Of a stretch of DNA of 64,000 nt, positions 1 to 8,619 are shown piece after piece. The stretch covers positions 81,866-145,865 of IMG/VR virus record IMGVR_UViG_2595698394_000001. One strand, given 5' to 3'. The notes beneath the pieces were generated by a model that was not told where the DNA came from, did not search any database, and saw only the letters and a program-made list of their open reading frames with translations. Within the stretch, counting starts at the first letter, position 1; each line of letters opens with the position of its first letter. The DNA is from a virus (taxonomy: Duplodnaviria; Heunggongvirae; Uroviricota; Caudoviricetes). The translations under genes and the position numbers were made by a program.

Positions 1-2148
1 TAAACCCTATATCTTCGTTCTCCATTAGACATATAGCGTTGTAACCATCTAAAAGCATTTTTATTTGCCTGTAAAATTTGGTATGGGGAGCTGGTCTGGT
101 AACTAAGGAGGCAGCTATTTTATAACTATACTGGTCATTTATAAGTTGCCTTTTAAAAATATATATTGCTCCAAGAGAATCACCATCGGACTTCTCCTGT
201 TTGTAATCATCTAGTCCTGCAACGTATAGTCCATAAGGAGGCCTTACCTCAGGTACATCCTCAAACATAAGGATAGGGCACTCAATATTTCCTCCATTAT
301 GTGGGAATGTAGGCATAGGTTTTGAAGAGAAATCATAGGTTATCTGACCATTAACCTCAAAAAAATCTACTTTCTTGCCTGTTCTTCCTTCTTCTATTAT
401 TTTATTTCTGTGTCTTTTTCCTACTTCTACTGGGAAAGGATTACTGTTACCTGATTGGAATATTTCCTCTGGATCTATAGGGTAATATACTATTTCTTTC
501 ACAAGAGATTTTCTATTCTTTTTAAGCTTTTCTCTATCTGCAAGAATTATCTCATTACATCTCTTCCAATCAGTTACATTTATTCTAACTTGGTCCAGTT
601 CTTTTGTTTTATCTACTCCAAGATACTCCCAAAGACCGATTTCTCTTTTTATCATACCATCTTTGGCCGACATTTGTGCTGGAGCAAAAGTTCCAAATTT
701 CTGTCTTTTCCATGTAATATCTTCCTTAGGGATATTTCTTTCTAACTTCTCCCAGTTCATATCTAGGATACCATTATTTCTAGGGTCTGCAAGTACAGTT
801 AAAGCATCTGCACTAAGTTCCTCATTACCACCTGTACCTGATAGTATAGGGATACATCTTTTACCATAAGGAGAGTCAAATGAAGGTTTAGCAGCGTCTA
901 ATTGCTCGATAAAAGCCGCTTTCATAACCTCATCAATTGCAAAGCCATCTGGTGTATATCCTGCTAATACCTCCGAAGACTTCTCACCCCCTGCATTAAG
1001 ATTTATCACATGCAAAACACACTGAGGTATTTTTTTACCGCTCTTCTTTTTTAACCCTAATTCTACTTTAGTAGACCAGTCGTTCGTTAAATTATTAAGC
1101 GCAAATGCACCTTCAGCACCTTGGACAGACTTTTTGTAGTTCTTGGCCACTTGCCCTAAATCTTTTGCACTTGCTCCTGCAATAAGAAGTTCTTTAGCTC
1201 CTATAGTTGTCTTCCACTGGAAGTGAGATGCTAACCCAGTAGACTTGAAAAGTCTTCTTGTAGCGGCTATAAATAGTATTAGTTGCTCTGTTTCAGCTTC
1301 TCTATAAGCATCTTGAATTATATACCACTCATTGTCTCTGAGTGGAGGGTGCATAAATATATCCTTAGACTCAATTTGTTTTGTAAACTTATTTAAAACT
1401 GGCATTGGAATATCCGTTTTAAAAACGTTTAAGTGGAAATACAGCCAAGGATGAATGTATACTCCACTTATTTCTATCCCATTCCTAATTTTCTTAAATT
1501 CGTCTACATAAAACTGTAAAGTATCTCTATCCTGTTCAAAATAATGTTTCTCGGTATTCCACTCAGGAATATTTTTCTTATGTATAAGAAATTCATTATC
1601 AGGAGGGCTATCGAAATCAATAGCCATTGCTTCTATCTTGCTTTTAATATCTGGGTACATGTCTACTAGTATCCAGTGCATAGATAACGGAGCCTTAACA
1701 TTATCAAAAAAAGTTATTCCAGATAAATCTTTATTATCCTCATCAATATTTAAGTTAAGAAGATCATCCTTTAACTTCTCTACTTCCTTGAATAACTTGT
1801 TCTGTAAGCTTATTTCATTCGTTTTATTTTTTGAATTTTTAAGCTCTGTAATATCGAATGCATTTAAATAGCTATCAACTCTATCTGTATGGGTTCTGAT
1901 TATGCCTGACATTAAGTCAAGAATTTTTCTAGCATCTTTTAAATGGAGATCTGCTTCTGCTTTAGAGGCAAAATGTTTTAATCTAGTAAATATAGTTGTA
2001 CAAATACTTTGCTGTACTTTGTACTCATCTTCTTTATCAAAAACATCCTCTTTCTCCGTCCAATTGTTTGCCTTATCTTCTATATAGTCTTTAAACTTTT
2101 CAAGCTGAGGTTCATTTTGTTTAGAAAAGTTACTTACATAATCAGACA
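1..2148 (-). CDS. Probable terminase large subunit; N-terminus at 2148, C-terminus runs off the window start
   Basis: Uninterrupted minus-strand frame from ATG (revcomp 2146-2148) to window edge; hand translation (may contain errors) shows an RNaseH-like nuclease motif YVAGLDDYKQEKSDGDSLGAIYIF typical of TerL. Confidence 0.4.
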
Positions 2149-2151
2149 TAC

Positions 2152-2628
2152 TTACTTTTTATTTAATTCTCTCTCCAGCTGTTCTGTTAAAGCACCTATG
2201 CCCACAGTCTGAGATACTCCTTTATAGAAGTTTTCTTCAAATTCAGCTATTTTTTTAGTGTCAATGGCTACAAACTTTTTCTCTTTTGATAGAGCATAAA
2301 ACTGTTTTGTATGTTTTGTTATTAAAGCTTTAAATGCAGACGAAATCTCTTCGTCAAACTTTATCTCGCTATCCGAAACTAAAGTATCTTCATAACCAAA
2401 TTTAAACCTCATCTCTAGCAGCATTACATCCATTTGATGTAAGTTTTGTTCTGAGAACAACTTGAAAGCTGTCTGAAGTATTTCTTCCTCGGAAGCGTTT
2501 TTTAGTTCTTCTAAATTACCTTTAAAAGCTTCTTTTCTAGTAACCTCTTTCTTTACTTCTAAAGCTTCTACATAATCTTTCCACTCATAGTAGTATATTT
2601 CAGTTAACTCTTTTAAATCTTTACTCAT
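2152..2628 (-). CDS. Hypothetical protein (~158 aa); position upstream of TerL suggests a terminase small subunit
   Basis: ORF track 2152..2685, start moved to the internal Met (MSKDLKE) that abuts the stop of the upstream gene. Position only, no motif. Confidence 0.4.
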   Translation of the reverse strand: MSKDLKELTEIYYYEWKDYVEALEVKKEVTRKEAFKGNLEELKNASEEEILQTAFKLFSEQNLHQMDVMLLEMRFKFGYEDTLVSDSEIKFDEEISSAFKALITKHTKQFYALSKEKKFVAIDTKKIAEFEENFYKGVSQTVGIGALTEQLERELNKK

Positions 2629-2815
2629 CTTCTTTTTCTTTAGCATCTTGAACCGCTGTAAAAAAGTCTTCGTCAGAGACCTCATAAAGCCAAGCTTGGG
2701 GAGTCCTATCTCCTTTTCCTGATGTAATTATTGAATGCATTATTTGACCAAAAGTCATTTCAGGATACTCATCCATAAACTTTTGAATTTCTTTTTCGAT
2801 ATATGTTTTGTACAT
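2621..2815 (-). CDS. Hypothetical small acidic protein (64 aa)
   Basis: ORF track; tightly packed in the minus-strand operon. Confidence 0.4.
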   Translation of the reverse strand: MYKTYIEKEIQKFMDEYPEMTFGQIMHSIITSGKGDRTPQAWLYEVSDEDFFTAVQDAKEKEDE

Positions 2816-2817
2816 TC

Positions 2818-3162
2818 TTATTTTTTATATGTTCCTACTATTTGCCTTGACTCTCTTTCTCTTTGTCTTTCCTCCATCCAATGTAAAGCTTCTTGTAACT
2901 TTGTTATGGCCGTAGCACTTTCTCTTGAAGGAACTAAAGAGTTTTTAAACTTTAAGTCCTCAATCATCATTGAAAGTAAGGTCTCATGAAGAATACCATC
3001 TACTTTGTCTACTGCCTCTTCTTTTAACCTAGATCCTCTTACAAATCTAATAACTTGAGATACTCCAGGAACTTCTTGAATACCTTTTCCTTCTACTATT
3101 GTCCATATAGGAAGCTCATAATGAGTTCCTACCTCTACTGTTTTAAATTCTCTTTTACTCAT
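2818..3162 (-). CDS. Hypothetical protein (114 aa)
   Basis: ORF track; start and stop abut neighbours. Confidence 0.5.
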   Translation of the reverse strand: MSKREFKTVEVGTHYELPIWTIVEGKGIQEVPGVSQVIRFVRGSRLKEEAVDKVDGILHETLLSMMIEDLKFKNSLVPSRESATAITKLQEALHWMEERQRERESRQIVGTYKK

Positions 3163-3782
3163 CTTGATACGTTGCCTTTTATTAAAAATGTTATTTCTAC
3201 TCTAATATTAGATTTTACATACAAAAACTTTACAGTTTTACCTAAAATCTTACCTAACAAATTAGTGTTATATTTAACTTTAAATGTATAGTCATTTTCA
3301 TTTGGAGTTACTGTAGTTTCTAAACAGCCACAACTCCCTTTTGATGTTACTTTAGCCGCTCCTTCTACTTCTATTTTTAACTCGAAAGTACTATCCTCTC
3401 CATACTTAAGCTCCCCAAGATCAGCTGAAAAGTATAAACCTTCTTTAGCTATCTTTACTTTAGAAGGGGTCATATTAGTTATTTTATGAAGGCTAGATAC
3501 TATCGCCTCTTCTTCTTGCCTTACAGATAACCATTTTTTTATGGGGCAAAACTCAGTATCTATTTTAGCTTTCTCACTTATTGTACAACCACAAGTAGGG
3601 TCAGTACAATGTGCACCTGCTATAAGTTCCCAAGCTTTTCTCCCTGAAGTCTTCTGGTCTTTATCTATGTTCTTACTATTCAAAGTACAAGATGCACATA
3701 TCTCCAGTCTCTTTTCATACCAGTCAGGAAGGGACTCTCCTTGTATAAATCTGGATCTTACTATATTTATAAGCTTACTCAT
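3159..3782 (-). CDS. Hypothetical Cys-rich protein (207 aa)
   Basis: ORF track; 4-nt overlap with the downstream gene; multiple Cys pairs (CASC, CTDPTCGC, CGC). Confidence 0.55.
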   Translation of the reverse strand: MSKLINIVRSRFIQGESLPDWYEKRLEICASCTLNSKNIDKDQKTSGRKAWELIAGAHCTDPTCGCTISEKAKIDTEFCPIKKWLSVRQEEEAIVSSLHKITNMTPSKVKIAKEGLYFSADLGELKYGEDSTFELKIEVEGAAKVTSKGSCGCLETTVTPNENDYTFKVKYNTNLLGKILGKTVKFLYVKSNIRVEITFLIKGNVSR

Positions 3783-4242
3783 TCTCTTTATTTTGTATTT
3801 CTGCTATTTTACTCCACAACCTATCTGGATTTCTAGTTACATTTACATTAAAGTCTAGTTTCTTTTTAAGTTTCCTTTTTAGTAAGTAGATAAAAGGTTT
3901 TTTAGTATACTTTGTATTATGTTTCTTATCTTCTGGTAATGTTTTTATAAACTCCTCCAGAATATTTTTTCTGGGTCTAAATATGGTCTCAGACCAAATT
4001 TTATACTCTTTTACTGGGCTTTTTTCTTTATCTTTTATCTCAGTGCCTAGCTTCCACAAGTTACAGTATAAGGTTCCTAAATTTTTTCCTACATATATGC
4101 TAGTTGTTTTAGGATCTTTAGCTTTAGATTTAATAAAAGCTATATCTAATTTTATGATTTCTTCAACTTCTTTATAATCTAGACCCAGTTCCTTTGATAC
4201 TTCATCAATCAACTCTTCATGAAACTTAACAGCTGTATCCAT
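3775..4242 (-). CDS. Hypothetical protein (155 aa)
   Basis: ORF track; overlapping start and stop with neighbours. Confidence 0.55.
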   Translation of the reverse strand: MDTAVKFHEELIDEVSKELGLDYKEVEEIIKLDIAFIKSKAKDPKTTSIYVGKNLGTLYCNLWKLGTEIKDKEKSPVKEYKIWSETIFRPRKNILEEFIKTLPEDKKHNTKYTKKPFIYLLKRKLKKKLDFNVNVTRNPDRLWSKIAEIQNKENE

Positions 4243-4661
4243 TACTTACTTTTTTTAAACTCTAAAACAAGAACTTTAGTTTTGTCTGCCATAAAAGAAT
4301 CAACCATCTCTTTTAACTCTTTATCTACATAGCCCTTAGTCTTATTCCTGGACTCTGCTTTCAAGTACCCTTTTGTTCTTAGGTTAGAATTAGTAGTATT
4401 TATTTGGTTATCATTCTTCTTAAGTCTTTTCTTAGCTTCTTCTTTAGTCTCTTTTGAAAATCCGAAAAGGCAATAATAAATTAGTAACTCCTTTTCAAAA
4501 GGAAGTATTCTATCATCTTCTGCTTTATTTGTTATAGAGTATATAGATATCAATTTATCTACAAAATCTATGTCGTTTTTATACTTAACATCACATCTAT
4601 ACATTTTACCTGTAATGGCGATAAGCGTATTTTTGTAGTAATTCTCATCTTTTATACCCAC
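4242..4661 (-). CDS. Hypothetical protein (139 aa); first gene of the leftward operon
   Basis: ORF track; divergent intergenic region 4662-4828 upstream. Confidence 0.55.
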   Translation of the reverse strand: MGIKDENYYKNTLIAITGKMYRCDVKYKNDIDFVDKLISIYSITNKAEDDRILPFEKELLIYYCLFGFSKETKEEAKKRLKKNDNQINTTNSNLRTKGYLKAESRNKTKGYVDKELKEMVDSFMADKTKVLVLEFKKSK

Positions 4662-4774
4662 TGTACTTAGTTTTAAGAGGCAAACTTACAAAAATAAAAC
4701 GACTTTAACAAATATTTTACAATATATATTTTGTTTTGTAGTTTTAATTTTGTATGTGACCTAATTTTATTTAA

Positions 4775-4808
4775 TATCTTTGGCTATGTTATGCTATTAT
4801 TGTAGCTT
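4775..4808 (+). promoter_or_regulatory. Bacteroidetes-type promoter (TTTG-N20-TAgcTTTG) for the rightward genes
   Basis: tcTTTGg..(20 nt)..TAGCTTTG immediately upstream of ATG 4829. Confidence 0.4.
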
Positions 4809-4828
4809 TGTCAAAAACCTAGAGTACT

Positions 4829-5104
4829 ATGAAAAAATTAGATTACCATGAATTTTATGAGTACATATGGATGTCCGAGGACTTTGTAGATGTAATCTCA
4901 GACAATTTCATTGATGCTGAAGAAGAATTTATACGAGAGTTTACTCTACAACTGTGGAGATTATATGATTTGAAATTTGAAAGTAATGATCCTTTATCTT
5001 CAAGCTCTATTAAAAGAGTTTTTAGTATATTATTTTCAAGTTTAGCTTTGTTCACCCCGAAGTTAGAAAGTTTAAAACCTATATCTGATAAAGGGAGATT
5101 TTAA
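4829..5104 (+). CDS. Hypothetical protein (91 aa)
   Basis: ORF track; followed by a hairpin+T terminator. Confidence 0.5.
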   Translation: MKKLDYHEFYEYIWMSEDFVDVISDNFIDAEEEFIREFTLQLWRLYDLKFESNDPLSSSSIKRVFSILFSSLALFTPKLESLKPISDKGRF

Positions 5105-5124
5105 TTGATTGTTTTATTAGTATA

Positions 5125-5155
5125 ACCCTGTAATTAATAGTTACAGGGTTTTTAT
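5125..5155 (+). terminator. Rho-independent terminator
   Basis: accctgtaa-ttaatag-ttacagggt hairpin followed by TTTTTATTT. Confidence 0.6.
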
Positions 5156-5163
5156 TTATATAA

Positions 5164-5195
5164 TTTGTTTTATCCAATTATTTGTTGTATGTTTG
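5164..5195 (+). promoter_or_regulatory. Bacteroidetes sigma-A type promoter (TTTG-N20-TATGTTTG), copy 1 of a 38-nt repeat
   Basis: aaTTTG..20 nt..TATGTTTG; an identical 38-nt block recurs at 6102-6140. Confidence 0.5.
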
Positions 5196-5294
5196 CCAAA
5201 TGAAAATACAACGTTTACATTTACAAGAGCTAGAACAGCCGATTATATCGGGAGGTACTGGTGTGTAGATGAATCATTTTCATTAAAGCATTTA

Positions 5295-5327
5295 AAGCCT
5301 CTCATTAATTTGGGAGGCTTTTTTATT
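5295..5327 (+). other. Leader hairpin + T-run immediately 5' of tRNA-Pro
   Basis: agcctc-tcattaatttgg-gaggct followed by TTTTTTAT, 4 nt before the tRNA start. Confidence 0.5.
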
Positions 5328-5330
5328 TTA

Positions 5331-5407
5331 CGGGTAATAGAGGAGTCTGGTTTATCTCGCTGCATTTGGGATGCAGAGCACGCAGGTTCGAATCCTGCTT
5401 ATCCGAC
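5331..5407 (+). tRNA. tRNA-Pro (TGG)
   Basis: Cloverleaf by hand: acceptor cgggtaa/ttatccg, anticodon loop tttggga, T-arm gcaggTTCGAATcctgc. Confidence 0.7.
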
Positions 5408-5486
5408 AAGTAGACTGTTATTAATTCATAGAGGACACGTACAGTAGCTTAATGCGAGATCGGTATGTCCAGCATAGAATTAACCT

Positions 5487-5558
5487 GCTGCCATCGTCTA
5501 ACGGCTAGGACCTCAGGTTTTCATCCTGGTAATCGGAGTTCGATTCTCCGTGGCAGTA
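5487..5558 (+). tRNA. tRNA-Glu (TTC)
   Basis: Acceptor gctgcca/tggcagt, anticodon loop ttttcat, T-arm cggagTTCGATTctccg. Confidence 0.65.
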
Positions 5559-5629
5559 CAGAATCTTAAGTTTAGGCTGAATTTAAGCGTTGAGTTGCTT
5601 CTCATAACAAGTACGTTAAGCTTGTATAC

Positions 5630-5702
5630 TGGAATATGGTGTAATTGGTAACACGTCTGGTTTTGGTCCAGAAGAGTGGGGGTTCGAGACCCTCTATTCC
5701 AA
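5630..5702 (+). tRNA. tRNA-Gln (TTG)
   Basis: Acceptor tggaata/tattcca, anticodon stem tctgg/ccaga, loop ttttggt, T-arm gggggTTCGAGAccctc. Confidence 0.7.
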
Positions 5703-5704
5703 CT

Positions 5705-5778
5705 GTGTTAGAAGCTAAAGTGGTCGAAGCGTCTGGTTGTGGTCCAGAAGATAGTGAGTTCGAGTCTCATTTAACACC
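5705..5778 (+). tRNA. tRNA-His (GTG)
   Basis: Acceptor gtgttag/ttaacac, anticodon loop ttgtggt, T-arm gtgagTTCGAGTctcat; no encoded G-1. Confidence 0.65.
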
Positions 5779-5837
5779 CTATGTTCATTTAAAACTAATG
5801 TTCAGTGTACATGAACATCTATAAATTGTGAACACAT

Positions 5838-5912
5838 GCAGAGGTGGGTAAACTGGTAAAGCCGCCCGATTTAGGATCGGGAGTTCTGAGGGTTCGACTC
5901 CCTCTCTCTGTA
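5838..5912 (+). tRNA. tRNA with anticodon TAG (Leu codon CUA) but a short, type-I variable loop; identity uncertain
   Basis: Acceptor gcagagg/tctctgt (2 G-U), anticodon stem cccga/tcggg, loop tttagga, T-arm gagggTTCGACTccctc. Confidence 0.5.
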
Positions 5913-5919
5913 CTTATAT

Positions 5920-6000
5920 GCCCCAATGGTGAAACTGGTTATACACGTAGCACTTAAAATGCTATGCTTAGGCTTGCAGGTTCGATCCCTGCTTGGGGTA
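5920..6000 (+). tRNA. tRNA-Leu (TAA), type II
   Basis: Acceptor gccccaa/ttggggt, anticodon stem tagca/tgcta, loop cttaaaa, 11-nt variable arm, T-arm gcaggTTCGATCcctgc. Confidence 0.65.
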
Positions 6001-6005
6001 CAAAT

Positions 6006-6078
6006 TTTCTCATAGTTTAACTGGAAAAACACAGAGTTACGGCCTTTGAGAGTAGGGGTTCGAGTCCCTTTGAGAAAA
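6006..6078 (+). tRNA. tRNA-Arg (ACG)
   Basis: Acceptor tttctca/tgagaaa, anticodon loop ttacggc, T-arm aggggTTCGAGTccctt. Confidence 0.6.
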
Positions 6079-6105
6079 CTTTATATACAAAAATAATTTA
6101 GATAA

Positions 6106-6137
6106 TTTGTTTTATCCAATTATTTGTTGTATGTTTG
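6106..6137 (+). promoter_or_regulatory. Bacteroidetes-type promoter, copy 2 of the 38-nt repeat
   Basis: Same TTTG-N20-TATGTTTG block as 5164-5195. Confidence 0.5.
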
Positions 6138-6269
6138 CCAAGAATTTAAAAAGATAAAAGTGCAACTAACAAAAACAGGCATAACAGTTATTGATAAAAC
6201 CAAGGGAGCGAGAGCTTATCTAGGGGATACTGTTATTGGCTAATTTTTAGTTAATTCAAATATAACAGA

Positions 6270-6299
6270 AACCCTCCTAGAAATAGAGAGGGTTTTTTC
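6270..6299 (+). other. Leader hairpin + T-run 5' of a tRNA
   Basis: accctc-ctagaaataga-gagggt + TTTTTT, 6 nt before tRNA 6305. Confidence 0.5.
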
Positions 6300-6304
6300 A
6301 TTAT

Positions 6305-6377
6305 GGCCCAGTAGCTAAACTGGCTTAGCACCTCCTTTGCAAGGAGAAGTATGTGGGTTCGAGCCCCATCTGGCCCA
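6305..6377 (+). tRNA. tRNA-Ala (TGC)? The 3:70 pair is C:C rather than the G:U Ala identity element
   Basis: Acceptor ggcccag/ctggccc (one mismatch), D-arm gcta/tagc, anticodon loop tttgcaa, T-arm gtgggTTCGAGCcccat. Confidence 0.5.
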
Positions 6378-6459
6378 CTAAAATTAAAACTATGGAAAAT
6401 ATTAGAGTATTTTGTAAACAGAATTAATTACCTTCGTTTAACTAATGAGGGTAACAACT

Positions 6460-6531
6460 ACCCTCGTAGCTTAATGGCAAAGCTCCTCTCTTTTAAAGAG
6501 GCGACCGCAAGATCGGTACTTGTCGGGGGTA
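6460..6531 (+). tRNA. tRNA-Lys (TTT) with a non-canonical T-loop (ATCGGTA)
   Basis: Acceptor accctcg/cgggggt, anticodon stem cctct/agagg, loop cttttaa. Confidence 0.55.
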
Positions 6532-6546
6532 CAAAAATTAGAAAAT

Positions 6547-6831
6547 ATGAAATTTAAGTTTATATTTAGGGCTTTAAAGTATCAACTACCTTTGGAAAGA
6601 TTACTTAGAAATTTTTTTATAACTGGTAATGGTTGGGGTATGTTTAGTGTACATGCCCATGTAAATAAAAAAGGAAACCCTAAAGTTGGATATAACACTT
6701 TGGAGACAGCATTAAAATCCGCTAACAGCATGCAAAAAAAGAACGGATTTCACTATTCCTCTTATATGTGTCCTAGGTGTGGAAAGTTTCACTTAGGTAA
6801 AAACAGAGATAGTATTAACAAAGGAATATAG
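6547..6831 (+). CDS. Small zinc-ribbon protein (94 aa; ...YMCPRCGKFHLG) embedded in the tRNA array
   Basis: ORF track 6520..6831 trimmed to the internal Met (MKFKFIF); CPRC...H motif; overlaps tRNA-Ile start by 10 nt. Confidence 0.35.
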   Translation: MKFKFIFRALKYQLPLERLLRNFFITGNGWGMFSVHAHVNKKGNPKVGYNTLETALKSANSMQKKNGFHYSSYMCPRCGKFHLGKNRDSINKGI

Positions 6832-6895
6832 CTCAGTTGGTTAGAGTACTTCGCTGATACCGAAGATGTCACAAGTTCGAATCTTGTTATTCCTA
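6822..6895 (+). tRNA. tRNA-Ile (GAT)
   Basis: Acceptor aggaata/tattcct, D-arm gctc/gagt, anticodon stem cttcg/cgaag, loop ctgatac, T-arm acaagTTCGAATcttgt. Confidence 0.7.
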
Positions 6896-6999
6896 CTATA
6901 AGCCTTATCGGGTTAAGGGAAGAGTCACCTGCATTCTTGGTAACAAGATAAAACCTTTAAAAGAAAGACTACACGATAGGAAGAGGTTGCCTATCATTT

Positions 7000-7073
7000 G
7001 CAGCAATCGCATAGCGGCCTATTGCACCTGACTTCCAATCAGGATCTCGTGAGTTCGAATCTCACTTGCTGCA
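7000..7073 (+). tRNA. tRNA-Gly (TCC)
   Basis: Acceptor gcagcaa/ttgctgc, anticodon stem cctga/tcagg, loop cttccaa, T-arm gtgagTTCGAATctcac. Confidence 0.75.
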
Positions 7074-7078
7074 CAAAT

Positions 7079-7152
7079 AGCGAGGTAGAGCAGCTGGTTA
7101 GCTCGCTAGGCTCATAACCTAGAGGTCGGGAGTTCGAGTCTCCCCTTCGCCA
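7079..7152 (+). tRNA. tRNA-Met (CAT), elongator-like (or Ile2); 1:72 is A:C
   Basis: D-arm gagc/gctc, anticodon stem ctagg/cctag, loop ctcataa, T-arm gggagTTCGAGTctccc. Confidence 0.65.
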
Positions 7153-7231
7153 CAAAAGTCGCCCTATGTGTGAAAGCAGCATAGGTTAAGGAGCCTGTAC
7201 ACCTCCAGCAGTTAAGCGACAACTGCTTTAA

Positions 7232-7304
7232 AGTCTATCGGTCCAGTGGAGTGGACGCTGCCCTGTCACGGCAGAGATCACGGGTTCGAGTCCCGTATAG
7301 ACTG
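7232..7304 (+). tRNA. tRNA-Asp (GTC)
   Basis: Acceptor agtctat/atagact, D-arm gtcc/ggac, anticodon stem ctgcc/ggcag, loop ctgtcac, T-arm acgggTTCGAGTcccgt. Confidence 0.75.
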
Positions 7305-7383
7305 CTAAGAGTAAAGAAACGTGATTAAGATAGGATGCCAGCTATGCTGAAGCACTAATACGCTAAAACTTTACTCTTTTTAT

Positions 7384-7457
7384 TCCCTACGTAGCTCAAT
7401 TGGTGGAGCACTGGTTTTGTAAACCAAAGGTTGTCGGTTCGAGTCCGACCTAGGGAT
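7384..7457 (+). tRNA. tRNA-Thr (TGT)? One extra nucleotide at the acceptor/D junction
   Basis: Acceptor tccctac/ctaggga (6 of 7 pairs), anticodon loop tttgtaa, T-arm gtcggTTCGAGTccgac. Confidence 0.55.
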
Positions 7458-7604
7458 CAAAATACACCTCTCGTGAAGTTTTGAAGTGTATTATAAGGTG
7501 AATGCGAAAATACTTTGCTAGCTTTGGGTGGGACATCTACACATGCAACAAAGGACAACTGTTTAGACAACCAGGTATTTTCTGTAAAGCCCACCACCTT
7601 TTTT

Positions 7605-7678
7605 ACCAGATTAGCTCAGGGGTTTAGAGCAACTCTTTTACAAGGAGAAGGTCGATAGTTCGAATCTATCATTTGGTA
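7605..7678 (+). tRNA. tRNA-Val (TAC)
   Basis: Acceptor accagat/atttggt, D-arm gctc/gagc, anticodon loop tttacaa, T-arm gatagTTCGAATctatc. Confidence 0.65.
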
Positions 7679-7689
7679 CTTTATTTTAT

Positions 7690-7762
7690 GGGGGATTAGT
7701 TTAACTGGAAAAACTATAGGCTTCTATCCTATCGAGTAGGGGTTCGAATCCCTTATCCCCTT
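7690..7762 (+). tRNA. tRNA-Arg (TCT)
   Basis: Acceptor gggggat/atcccct, D-arm gttt/aaac, anticodon stem atagg/cctat, loop cttctat, T-arm aggggTTCGAATccctt. Confidence 0.7.
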
Positions 7763-7772
7763 CAATATTTAT

Positions 7773-7846
7773 GGCCTTGTAGCTCAGTTGGTTAGAGCAG
7801 CTCACTCATAATGAGAAGGTCTCAGGTTCGAGTCCTGACTAGGCCA
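7773..7846 (+). tRNA. tRNA with CAT anticodon (Met or lysidine-Ile2), second CAT tRNA
   Basis: Acceptor ggccttg/ctaggcc (one mismatch), D-arm gctc/gagc, anticodon loop ctcataa, T-arm tcaggTTCGAGTcctga. Confidence 0.65.
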
Positions 7847-8025
7847 CAGCATAAATAATAATTAATATATTTGGTAGTTCCATTTATATTTTGTAGTATT
7901 GCAGTATGAAAACAAATTATTGTACATATAACAATTCCAATTGGTCGTTTAGTTACGACACAGGATCGGTATGTACTCTAGGCAGTGATGGATTAATAGG
8001 TTAATTCATTTATAAAGTATATAAA

Positions 8026-8060
8026 GATCCTGTTACGAAAGTAACGGGATTTTTTATTTT
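8026..8060 (+). other. Leader hairpin + T-run 5' of tRNA-Tyr
   Basis: atcctgttac-gaaa-gtaacgggat + TTTTTTATTTT, ending 1 nt before tRNA 8061. Confidence 0.5.
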
Positions 8061-8144
8061 GGGACGGTTGCTCGGCTGGAAGAGGCGCAGGACTGTAAAT
8101 TCTGTAATCCACTAGGAATGGAGGTTCGAGTCCTCCTCGTCCCA
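8061..8144 (+). tRNA. tRNA-Tyr (GTA), type II
   Basis: Acceptor gggacgg/tcgtccc, anticodon stem cagga/ttctg, loop ctgtaaa, ~15-nt variable arm, T-arm ggaggTTCGAGTcctcc. Confidence 0.7.
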
Positions 8145-8243
8145 CGACTACTAAAACAGGTGTAGGTAAGAACTTAAGATAACTTACTTATATGCGGTAC
8201 TTATGTAAAAGAAAACTGTTGGTGTGCCGAGTTGTTTTATAAG

Positions 8244-8331
8244 GAAGGTGAATGAATCGTTGGGATGAGCCTGGTCTTGAAAACCAGTGGAGGTTTAAAA
8301 GCCTTGGGGATCGTGCCCTCCGTCTTCCGCA
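8244..8331 (+). tRNA. Degenerate tRNA-Ser(TGA)-like element, possibly a pseudogene
   Basis: Anticodon arm ctggt-cttgaaa-accag and acceptor gaaggtg/cgtcttc can be paired, but the D- and T-arms are non-canonical. Confidence 0.25.
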
Positions 8332-8414
8332 AGTGCATTATAAAGCACTATAAAGTGTAATGGGTAAGATTTTTCCCAAATATACATAAATTAGTGCCTT
8401 ATATTGCACATTAT

Positions 8415-8501
8415 AGAAAGGTGTCAGAGTGGCTTATTGAGCTAGGTTGCTAACTTAGTGGAGTGAAATACCTTCCGTGGGTTCGAATCCCATCCTTTCT
8501 T
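8415..8501 (+). tRNA. tRNA-Ser (GCT), type II
   Basis: Acceptor agaaagg/cctttct, 3-bp D-stem with a long D-loop, anticodon stem ctagg/cttag, loop ttgctaa, long variable arm, T-arm gtgggTTCGAATcccat. Confidence 0.7.
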
Positions 8502-8531
8502 CTACATATCGCATATCGCAATATGGAATAT

Positions 8532-8619
8532 TCTTGAGTTGCCGTAGTTGGCCGAACGGTCCAGACTGTTAATCTGGTGAGATTTATCTCCATCGTAGGT
8601 TCGAATCCTACCTCAAGAG
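8532..8619 (+). tRNA. Type-II (long variable arm) tRNA carrying anticodon GTT (Asn codon AAC); atypical
   Basis: Acceptor tcttgag/ctcaaga (perfect), anticodon stem ccaga/tctgg (perfect), loop ctgttaa, 17-nt variable arm with gagat/atctc stem, T-arm gtaggTTCGAATcctac. Confidence 0.5.

Noticed and set aside
455-2212. Several short plus-strand ORFs (455..745, 663..869, 1638..1871, 1902..2087, 2009..2212)
   Set aside because: They are low-complexity translations antisense to the long uninterrupted minus-strand terminase-like frame.
5193-5447. Plus-strand ORF (84 aa) in the ORF track
   Set aside because: It runs entirely through the tRNA-Pro gene and its leader hairpin, so it is spurious.
6351-6557. 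Plus-strand ORF (68 aa)
   Set aside because: It starts inside tRNA 6305-6377 and spans inter-tRNA spacer.
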